In this document: positions 16,665 to 23,610 of the stretch, piece after piece
How the letters are laid out: every line of letters begins with the position of its first letter
Position numbering within the stretch: the stretch's first letter is position 1
Translations under genes and position numbers: made by a program
Source: Myxococcales bacterium
GTDB lineage: Bacteria; Myxococcota_A; Polyangia; Polyangiales; Polyangiaceae
DNA length: 23,610 nucleotides
Assembly (NCBI GenBank): GCA_043747615.1
Contig: JAYTOU010000092.1
Location: forward strand, 1 to 23,610
Reading direction: 5' to 3'
Notes under the pieces: model-generated
Databases searched by the model: none
Seen by the model: only the letters and a program-made list of their open reading frames with translations
Told to the model about the DNA's origin: nothing

Positions 16665-17765
16665 GTGCAGGTGCGTCGGTGGGCTCTTATCGCAGTCGGC
16701 GCGGCCATCGCTGTCGGCTGCGCAGCCGCGTGCTTGCCCGATCTCGTCGTCGCGACAATGACTCCACCGCCACTCACCCACCCATGCGGAGACGGCTTCA
16801 CGGATCTCGACGCCGGCGAGCAATGCGATCCCGGAGCGAACGCGGCCGACGCAGCTGCGCTCACCATCGGTTGCACGGGCGCGTGCACGATCGCGTGCGA
16901 AGGAGGAAAAATCGGTGCGAATGGGCACTGCTACTTCCGCGCTCCTGACGACTCGTTTGCGAGCTCGCCGTGCGGTTCATCGGCGCACGTCGTGACGATC
17001 GCAAGCCAAGAGGAGCTCTCGTCGCTGGTCACCATCGTTCCCGAGAGCGAGCCTTTCTGGGTCGGCTTGCTCTTCGACGATGCGAAGACGAAGTACAATT
17101 CCGTGAACGATGAGCCCGGATGGAGCGGGGCGTGTGCGGGCTGCTTTGCGATTACCGCGAGCGACGCCGGCTTCGTTCAGGGCGCACCGACCGGCCCTTG
17201 CGTCACTGCGACGCTCAACGCTCTTGCCCCGTGGGCGGAGGCTCCTTGCAGCGCAAAGCATCACGTGATCTGCGAGCGCGAGCCACCGGGATCGCTCTCG
17301 GATCCATGCGCAGACTTCACGGGAACGGGCGGGTGCGTCAGCCTCCGCGGAACGAAGGATTCGGGAAAGCGTTATCTCTTCGTGTCGGAGCGAGCGACGG
17401 CGAGCGAAGCCGACACTCAGTGCCGCAAGCTGAGCGCGGGGAGCTTGGTGGTCTTCGAGTCACGCGAGGAACGTGAGCAATTGATGCGCGAGCTCGCGGA
17501 GATGACCCTCCCGCTGCCGCCCTCGAGATTCTGGATCGGCCTTGCGCGGAGCAGCGACGCGGACGCTGGATGGACCTGGGACGATGGCACACCCGCGACT
17601 CCGAGCGGCATCTATCCCCTCCCGTGGGCAGACTCGGAGCCCAAGCCGGGCATCGGTGTCGCGCGCGCGTTCGCGGATCGCAATCTGTCGAGCTACGACA
17701 GGCAACTCGCGCACGTTTCGGATCAAGCGACCACCCAAGATTCGTACGTTTGCCAGTACCGCTGA
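16665..17765 (+). CDS. Cys-rich lipoprotein with two C-type-lectin-like domains, 366 aa
   Basis: Hydrophobic N-terminus with AAC; CGDG...GEQCD myxobacterial Cys-rich repeat; two FW(V/I)GL motifs, ICE/VCQ ends, WTWDDG. Confidence 0.85.
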   Translation: MQVRRWALIAVGAAIAVGCAAACLPDLVVATMTPPPLTHPCGDGFTDLDAGEQCDPGANAADAAALTIGCTGACTIACEGGKIGANGHCYFRAPDDSFASSPCGSSAHVVTIASQEELSSLVTIVPESEPFWVGLLFDDAKTKYNSVNDEPGWSGACAGCFAITASDAGFVQGAPTGPCVTATLNALAPWAEAPCSAKHHVICEREPPGSLSDPCADFTGTGGCVSLRGTKDSGKRYLFVSERATASEADTQCRKLSAGSLVVFESREEREQLMRELAEMTLPLPPSRFWIGLARSSDADAGWTWDDGTPATPSGIYPLPWADSEPKPGIGVARAFADRNLSSYDRQLAHVSDQATTQDSYVCQYR

Positions 17766-17789
17766 GGGTCGGGAGCATACTCTAACCCG

Positions 17790-18902
17790 ATGCCGCGACC
17801 GCAAGTCCTCTCCATTCCCGAGCGCCTCGATGCGCACCCTGAGTTTCACGGCAAGGGAGTTTGCATCGCGTTCGTGGACGCCGGATTTTTTGCCCACTCC
17901 GATCTCATGCGGCCGGAGCGGCGTATTCGCGCCTTCATGGACACCACCCGCGAGAACGCAGTAGCGAGCGAGTTCTTCTCGCCGCATCCCCGCGCGTGGC
18001 ACGGGACGATGGCCTCCTGCGCGGCCGCCGGCAACGGTTACGTGTCGGGGCGTCGCTACCGGGGCCTCGCCAGCCAATCGACTGTCGTGCTGATCAAAGC
18101 GGCCACCGATGGAGGCAGAATTCTCGGCAAGAACGTCGCTGCGGCCATCCGCGTTCCCTTGCGACACCCCGAGCTCGAGATCCGGGTGATGAACATTTCA
18201 CTCGGTGTCGAGCCGGATGATCCGGACGCAGCCGACGTCGATGCCGCAGTTCGAGAGGTGACCGCTGCTGGAGTGTCGGTGTTTGCAGCCGCCGGAAACG
18301 ATCCCGGCAAGCCGCCCGAGCCTCCCGGCTCCGCGAGGGAAGCCATCACCGTCGGCGGCGGAAATGATCACAACACCGAAGACACGGGCGACGACTCCCA
18401 GTGGCCTTCGAGCTACGGCGCGCATCATCCTGGTGTAAATAAGCCCGATTTGCTCGCGCCGGCGTGCTGGCTTCCGGCTCCGATGCTCCCCGGCACGCTG
18501 CCCGCACGCGAGGCCGGCGCTCTCTTTCAGCTCCTGTCGGTCCTCGAAGAGATCACCGCCGAGCACGCCTACCGCGCAGAGGCGGGCGCCGATGTCGACG
18601 GCGACGAGCGAGACGGAGCCTTGGCCTTCGTCGATTCGATCGAGGCGCGCATCGAGCGCGGCAAATACATTTCGGACGATCACCAGCACGTGGACGGCAC
18701 CTCGTTCGCTTCTCCGATCACGGCGTCGGTGGCCGCGCAGATGCTGGAGGCCGATCCGTCGCTCACCCCGGCGCTCGTTCGGGAAGGGCTCATTTCGACG
18801 GCCGAGCCGCTCACGAACGTTCCCGGCGAGATGCAGGGTGCGGGTGTCTTGCGCGCCCGAAAAGCAGTGGAGTGGGCGCACCAACGCGCACAAAAAAGCT
18901 AA
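17790..18902 (+). CDS. S8 (subtilisin-family) serine peptidase, 370 aa
   Basis: FVDAG (Asp), HGT (His), AAGN oxyanion, KPDLLAP, GTSFASP (Ser). Confidence 0.93.
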   Translation: MPRPQVLSIPERLDAHPEFHGKGVCIAFVDAGFFAHSDLMRPERRIRAFMDTTRENAVASEFFSPHPRAWHGTMASCAAAGNGYVSGRRYRGLASQSTVVLIKAATDGGRILGKNVAAAIRVPLRHPELEIRVMNISLGVEPDDPDAADVDAAVREVTAAGVSVFAAAGNDPGKPPEPPGSAREAITVGGGNDHNTEDTGDDSQWPSSYGAHHPGVNKPDLLAPACWLPAPMLPGTLPAREAGALFQLLSVLEEITAEHAYRAEAGADVDGDERDGALAFVDSIEARIERGKYISDDHQHVDGTSFASPITASVAAQMLEADPSLTPALVREGLISTAEPLTNVPGEMQGAGVLRARKAVEWAHQRAQKS

Positions 18903-18923
18903 GCGGGAAAAAAGCTAAGCGGG
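18892..18923. repeat. Perfect 16-bp tandem duplication AAAAAAGCTAAGCGGG x2
   Basis: Read directly; first copy contains the S8 stop codon. Confidence 0.9.
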
Positions 18924-19064
18924 GGGAGCGTCACTCTGTAGAACGGCACGGTCTTCGTGATCGCGAGGGCGCGTGTCTTCGCTGCCTGGAGGACAGCGCT
19001 CCCCACAAGAGACGCCTCGTTCGCAGCGATTTCCCCGGATCCACGAAACGGTAGTAGCCCCCAT

Positions 19065-19092
19065 GGAACTTCCGCAAGGCGCGCGTGTCCAC
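19065..19092 (+). promoter_or_regulatory. Putative ECF-sigma (sigmaE-type) autoregulatory promoter
   Basis: GGAACTT-N16-TCCAC (with CGTGTC at -10) directly upstream of an ECF sigma gene. Confidence 0.6.
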
Positions 19093-19126
19093 CGAGGGAA
19101 TGGTTCGGCGTTTTTCGGGCCAGGAC

Positions 19127-19777
19127 TTGGACTTTGCTTGGAGGTCGCTCTCTCAGGCACCATGGCCCGACGTGGCGCTTCCCGACGAACTCGAACAGCG
19201 GCTGATCGAGCGCCTCATCGCGCACGACGAGCGCGCGTTCAACGAGCTGGTCAAGCTCTACGAACGCCGGGTGCTCGCGCTCGTCTTGCGCATGCTCGGC
19301 AACCGCGCAGAGGCCGAAGATCTCGCGCAAGAAGTGTTCGTCCAAGTCTTCAAGGCCATTGGCACCTTTCGCGGCGAGTCCAAGCTCTCGACGTGGATTT
19401 ACCGGATCGCGATCAACCTCTGTAAGAACCGCACTAAATACCTCCGCGTGCGCCACACCGACGAGCAAGATGGGCTCGACGGCATCGCCGAGCGCTTGCC
19501 ACTCGGTGAGGCTCGCGGCGCAAACGTCGGCCAAGTCGAGCGCCCTGACGAGGCCATGGCCGGCAAGCAGATCGAGCAGATCGTGCAGCGGGCGATCCTC
19601 CAGATCGAACCAGGCTTTCGGGAGTGCCTCGTTCTGCGAGACGTAGAAGAGCTCAGCTACGAAGAGATCGAGCAGATCACCGGGCTCGCCGCTGGCACCG
19701 TAAAAAGCAGGATATTTCGAGCACGCGCCATGTTGCGCGGCATCGTCGAAAAAGAGCTCGGGGAGAAGATCGGATGA
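19127..19777 (+). CDS. ECF RNA polymerase sigma factor (RpoE/SigW-like); start TTG 19127 or GTG 19172
   Basis: AEDLAQEVF, FRGESKLSTWIYRIAINLC (region 2); LSYEEIEQITGLAAGTVKSRIFRAR (region 4). Confidence 0.95.
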   Translation: MDFAWRSLSQAPWPDVALPDELEQRLIERLIAHDERAFNELVKLYERRVLALVLRMLGNRAEAEDLAQEVFVQVFKAIGTFRGESKLSTWIYRIAINLCKNRTKYLRVRHTDEQDGLDGIAERLPLGEARGANVGQVERPDEAMAGKQIEQIVQRAILQIEPGFRECLVLRDVEELSYEEIEQITGLAAGTVKSRIFRARAMLRGIVEKELGEKIG

Positions 19778-20061
19778 CCGACGAAGATCAGCTGGAGATC
19801 CCGGAAGGCGAGGACGACGACGAGGCGATGCGCGCTCTCCTCAAGCGAGCGGTCGTCGAAGCGCCAATCGCAGCGGAGTCGCCGAGCCTCCTTCCCGGAG
19901 TGCAGCGAAGGATCCGCCAGCGCTCACGAGGGAAATTTTTTTCGGATGGCTGGAGCACGTCCCAGACGAGGCTCAGCTACGTCGTGGTCGCGCTGGTGAT
20001 GCTCATGGTCATCGCCACCGCGTACCTCGCGCTCGGCCCCACGGGCGTCACCTCACGCTGA
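19774..20061 (+). CDS. Putative membrane-anchored anti-sigma factor, 95 aa
   Basis: ATGA overlap with sigma stop; cytoplasmic N-terminus and one C-terminal TM helix. Confidence 0.75.
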   Translation: MTDEDQLEIPEGEDDDEAMRALLKRAVVEAPIAAESPSLLPGVQRRIRQRSRGKFFSDGWSTSQTRLSYVVVALVMLMVIATAYLALGPTGVTSR

Positions 20062-21310
20062 TCGGCATCGGCGTCTCGGTTGTCTCGGGCGCACGTTCGT
20101 CAAACGAAGGCAGCGGGAGGCATGCCGTGATGAGCGCCGCCACGAGGGTACCGACTCCGGCGAGGAGCATCGTGAACGGCACCCCGCTGCGCCGCGCGAT
20201 CTCTCCGCCGACGCTCGCGCCGAACGCCCAGCAGGCAAAAAACAGTACGTTGTAGAGGGCGACGACGCGCGACATGATCCATCGCGGTGTCGAGAGCTGA
20301 ATGAGGGTGTTCAGCGTAGAGAGCGAGAGCACCCAGCCGAAGCCCGCGGGGGCGAGAAGCAGCGCGGCGATCACAAGCGCCTGGGTGGTGCTCGCGAGGG
20401 CAACGGCGGCGGCGTACATGATCATCGCGCCGCAGATCATCGCTCGTGGGCTCCATCGCAATCGCAGGCGGCGCGCGTAGACACCTCCGGCGATGGCCCC
20501 GACGCCGAGGGCGCCGACGAGGATCCCGTAGCCGCGCTCGCTGGTGTGGAGCGTGCGCTCGGCGAAGACGGCGAGAAGCGCGGGAACGCTGGCTGCGGCG
20601 AGCGCGAAGGCGGTGCCCGGAATCATGAGCGCGCGGTGCTTCGGTGAGCGCCACACATGCACGAAGGCTTCAGCGGTCGCGCGCAGCACCGGCTCGGCCG
20701 CGTGTCCCCGCGGCTGTTCCGAGATTCTACGGATGTGAGGGAAGCGCCGGAGCACTTCGATTACGGCGAGGAAGCTGAGCGCGTTGATCGCAAACGCCGC
20801 GGCCGGTCCGCTCCACGCGATAATCAAACCGCCGAGCGCCGGCCCCGTAGCTCGCGCGATGTTGAAGGCCACCGAGTTCAGCGTGATGGCCTCGGCCATC
20901 TCCCTCCGAGAAACGAGATCCGGAAGAAGCGACTGCCAGGCCGGGGCAGTGAGTGCCGTTCCGACGCCGAAGGCCGCGCTCCCTGCGAGGAGCCACGCGG
21001 GACTGGCTCTTCCCCTCCAGGCAATGATGGCGATCACCGCGGCCACGAAAGCCGCCCAGCTCTGGGCGACGAGCAAGATCTTCCGGCGGTCGTAGCGGTC
21101 GGCGAGAACGCCCGACGGGAGCATCAGGAGGAACGTCGGGATGGAGAAGAACGTCGTGAGCATCGCCACCGGGAGCGGGCTCTTCGTGAGCGACAGCATC
21201 AGCCAGCTCTGGGCGACGTCCTGCACCCACGTCCCCATGTACGAGAAGACCGACGCGATCCACAGGGCTCGAAACGCAGGATGTCGAAGCGGCGACGACG
21301 GTGCGTCCAT
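20048..21310 (-). CDS. MFS transporter, 420 aa
   Basis: About 12 TM helices; motif A GVLADRYDRRK; FNIARATGPALGG. Confidence 0.93.
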   Translation of the reverse strand: MDAPSSPLRHPAFRALWIASVFSYMGTWVQDVAQSWLMLSLTKSPLPVAMLTTFFSIPTFLLMLPSGVLADRYDRRKILLVAQSWAAFVAAVIAIIAWRGRASPAWLLAGSAAFGVGTALTAPAWQSLLPDLVSRREMAEAITLNSVAFNIARATGPALGGLIIAWSGPAAAFAINALSFLAVIEVLRRFPHIRRISEQPRGHAAEPVLRATAEAFVHVWRSPKHRALMIPGTAFALAAASVPALLAVFAERTLHTSERGYGILVGALGVGAIAGGVYARRLRLRWSPRAMICGAMIMYAAAVALASTTQALVIAALLLAPAGFGWVLSLSTLNTLIQLSTPRWIMSRVVALYNVLFFACWAFGASVGGEIARRSGVPFTMLLAGVGTLVAALITACLPLPSFDERAPETTETPMPISVR

Positions 21311-21337
21311 CAGCCTTGCTGGCGTGTTCCCGATTGG

Positions 21338-22111
21338 CTAGCTGATCCAGCGAGCAAGAATGACGGTGATGTTGTCGGGGCCGCCGTTCTGATTGGCGCG
21401 TTCGATCAGCTTCGAGGCAGCTGCTTTGAGATCGGGAGCCTTCGTCGTGATCTCGAGCATCTCTTCGTCCGTCACCGGCCCGGAGAGGCCGTCGGAGCAA
21501 AGAAGGTAAATGTCGTCGGCGCGGGGCTGCTCGAACCGCGTGTCGACCTTCACGGTGTCCTTCATTCCGAGCGCGCGAACGATGACGTTCTTGTGCGGGA
21601 AGTTGGCGATCTCTTCGGCCGTGAGGCGCTTCATCTTGATGTAGTCATTGAGGAGCGAGTGGTCCTCGGTGACCTGCTCCATGCCGCCATCGCGAATGCG
21701 GTAGCCGCGTGAGTCGCCGACGTGGGCCACGTAGACGCCGTCTTCTACGGCGAACATCGAGACGATCGTCGTTCCCATTCCGCGCTGACGTGCGTCGCGC
21801 TGGGCGCTCTCGTAGATGCGGAGGTTCGCGAGCTTGATGCCCGTGACCAGGCGATTTTCTTCGTAGCCCTTGGAGCGGTCCATCTTGTAGGGCCAGGTCC
21901 GTTCGGGATCGTTCGCCGTGGCGGAGAAAAATTCACGCAAGGAATCGACGGCCATTTGGCTCGCGACTTCGCCCGACGCGTGACCGCCCATTCCATCAGC
22001 GACGATGTAGAGACCACTGTCCTCGAGGATCGAGAAATTGTCCTCGTTGTGGTTTCTCTTCATCCCGACGTTGGTCTCGCCGGCTACTTCGATTCTGAGC
22101 TGTGCGCCCAA
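21338..22111 (-). CDS. PP2C-family Ser/Thr phosphatase (Stp1/PrpC type), 257 aa
   Basis: RNHNED, VADGMGGH, AHVGDSR, TEDHS, LLCSDGL, GGPDNIT. Confidence 0.96.
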   Translation of the reverse strand: MGAQLRIEVAGETNVGMKRNHNEDNFSILEDSGLYIVADGMGGHASGEVASQMAVDSLREFFSATANDPERTWPYKMDRSKGYEENRLVTGIKLANLRIYESAQRDARQRGMGTTIVSMFAVEDGVYVAHVGDSRGYRIRDGGMEQVTEDHSLLNDYIKMKRLTAEEIANFPHKNVIVRALGMKDTVKVDTRFEQPRADDIYLLCSDGLSGPVTDEEMLEITTKAPDLKAAASKLIERANQNGGPDNITVILARWIS

Positions 22112-22173
22112 TGGTCACCCTCTGTCGGTCCGCTCGCGAGACTAGGGGAAACGAAAGCGACCGTCCACCTTGT

Positions 22174-23238
22174 CTACGGGGCAGCGCGGAGGACGACGGT
22201 GACCTCTTTCAATTTTTCTCCGTCGAGAACGAGGAGCTTTACCGATTCGCCGATGGCGTGCTTGCTGATCTGCTCGGCGAGCCGTTCGGGGCTGTCCACG
22301 GGGTGAGCATCTACCGCCACGATGAGGTGGCCCTTGGTGCGCTCGGGGTTGCTCTTGAGCCCGCCCTTTTCCGCGGGGCTGCCGGGAGCAACGGCCATCA
22401 CCCGTACGCCACGGGTCGAGCCAGAGGCATCGGGATCTCCCTGGATGCCGAGCCACGCCGACGGCGAAACCGCGTTCATAGGCGTGAGCACGAGGAAATT
22501 GCGAATGTTGGCGATCGGCGCTCCGAAGACTGCCGGCGTGCAGGCCCCGGCGTCCGGTGCCGCTTGGGCCCCTTTGCAAGCCCGCACGAAAATCCCGAGC
22601 ACGTTCCCCGAAGCATCGAGGATGGGCGCGCCTGCCGCAGGGGCTCCGCTGCGAAGCTCGACATCGAGGGCGTTCGCGAGCTCGCCGCCTTCTTTTGTGT
22701 GCCCGTCGATGCGACCCTTCACATGGGCGACGACCGGCGACGGCTTCCCTCCGCTCGGGAGAAATACTTTCAGATCACCGATCGTCGGATCGGCATCGCT
22801 CGCCCGGAGGCCGTCCATCCATTTGCCTGAAAGCGGCACCAAAAGAGCCAGATCCCACACTTTGTCGCGGTGACCGACGCGCACGTGGACCACGTGACCG
22901 TCGGAGTAGCGGACGTCGGCTTGATCGACCGTGCCGAGCGCTGAGAGCGCGGTGAGAACGCGTCCGTCGCCGGAGAGCACGGTGCCCACGCCGACGACCT
23001 TACCTTCACGTTCGACGGTCACGATCCCGCGTCGCATGGCTTGATCGACCGCGGCGTCGCCAGCAAGTAGCCCGCCGAGGGGCACCTTTGCCGCGAGAGT
23101 GGCGGGGGTCCCCGGCACGGGCGCCGCGGGATCACCGCCAGGCAGCGAAGGGAGCGGCGGGCCCGCGTTCGCGCTGAAGGCGAAGAGCACGACGGCGGGA
23201 GCGAGGAGGCGGGGGACGAAAGAATGTCGATCTCTCAT
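22174..23238 (-). CDS. Trypsin-like (S1C/HtrA) fold + PDZ protein, catalytic triad degenerate
   Basis: Signal peptide; GVGTVLSGDGRVLT, DLALL, GAPILDASGNVLGI; PDZ WLGI...GSPAEKGGL; start at ATG 23238 preferred. Confidence 0.85.
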   Translation of the reverse strand: MRDRHSFVPRLLAPAVVLFAFSANAGPPLPSLPGGDPAAPVPGTPATLAAKVPLGGLLAGDAAVDQAMRRGIVTVEREGKVVGVGTVLSGDGRVLTALSALGTVDQADVRYSDGHVVHVRVGHRDKVWDLALLVPLSGKWMDGLRASDADPTIGDLKVFLPSGGKPSPVVAHVKGRIDGHTKEGGELANALDVELRSGAPAAGAPILDASGNVLGIFVRACKGAQAAPDAGACTPAVFGAPIANIRNFLVLTPMNAVSPSAWLGIQGDPDASGSTRGVRVMAVAPGSPAEKGGLKSNPERTKGHLIVAVDAHPVDSPERLAEQISKHAIGESVKLLVLDGEKLKEVTVVLRAAP

Positions 23239-23267
23239 ATCCGCCCATGATAGCAATCCGGCCGACC

Positions 23268-23501
23268 ATGAGCACCCCGCACGACGAAACCAGCCCGTCC
23301 GAGTCCGCCCACCACGCGCCCGCGCCTCTTCCCGAGCCGCCGACGCCCATGTGGCTACCTGCGCTTGGAGGGGCTCTTTTCTTGATCGCCGGGATCTGGT
23401 GGGCAGTTACGCCGAGCGCCAAGGTGCCGTCCGAAGAGGCGGTGAGCACCGCCGCTGCGAACACCGCTGACGCCGGCGTAGGCCAAATCAAGCGTCCCTA
23501 G
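23268..23501 (+). CDS. Small single-TM hypothetical protein, 77 aa
   Basis: PEPPTPMWLPALGGALFLIAGIWWA hydrophobic segment; fills intergenic gap. Confidence 0.65.
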   Translation: MSTPHDETSPSESAHHAPAPLPEPPTPMWLPALGGALFLIAGIWWAVTPSAKVPSEEAVSTAAANTADAGVGQIKRP

Positions 23502-23504
23502 GCG

Positions 23505-23610
23505 TTAGTAGCCGCCGCCCTGCGGGCCTTGCGGACCGCCGTATCCACCGCCGCCGCCTTGCGGACCTTGCGGACCGCCGTATCCACCGCCGCCGCCTTG
23601 CGGACCTTGC
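23505..23610 (-). CDS. 3' end of a gene with Gly/Tyr/Pro/Gln-rich tail (partial)
   Basis: Minus strand reads QGPQGGGGGYGGPQGPQGGGGGYGGPQGPQGGGY-stop (TAA 23507-23505). Confidence 0.7.
   Translation of the reverse strand, partial: QGPQGGGGGYGGPQGPQGGGGGYGGPQGPQGGGY
23511..23610. repeat. 39-bp coding tandem repeat (13-aa unit GGGGGYGGPQGPQ)
   Basis: GTATCC at 23541 and 23580 gives period 39; runs off the window end. Confidence 0.85.

Noticed and set aside
23511..23610. CRISPR array or REP element
   Set aside because: Head-to-tail 39-bp units without unique spacers, period divisible by three, encodes a Gly-rich peptide.

Overview
GC-rich bacterial DNA with myxobacterial-type gene content (inferred from Cys-rich lipoproteins, a PP2C phosphatase and an ECF sigma factor). 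It has two parts. (1) Positions 1-9369 are the right-hand part of an integrated phage-related element. Its boundary is a 3' half of tRNA-Gln(TTG) at 9325-9369, read as an att duplication; the intact tRNA and integrase are expected left of the window. It carries a tightly coupled minus-strand operon: an ORF that reads through the att core (probable detached integrase C-terminus), a sigma-region-2-like protein, a Cro-like HTH, an O-like replication initiator with internal iterons, DnaB, a resolvase-like nuclease, a small terminase-like protein and two small proteins. No large terminase, portal or capsid follows. Cargo comes next: a secreted Cys protein, an ApeA-like HEPN protein and a Fic toxin with a small antitoxin. 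The overall layout suggests a phage satellite with an Mx8-style split integrase and defence cargo. (2) Positions 9420-23610 look like host chromosome: OM beta-barrel, CopD/HemJ-like protein, REC-EAL protein, PrsW protease, alpha/beta-hydrolase lipoprotein, C-type lectin lipoprotein, S8 peptidase, ECF sigma with anti-sigma, MFS transporter, PP2C, a catalytically degenerate HtrA-like protein and a Gly-rich gene tail. All family calls come from motif recognition by eye, not database searches.
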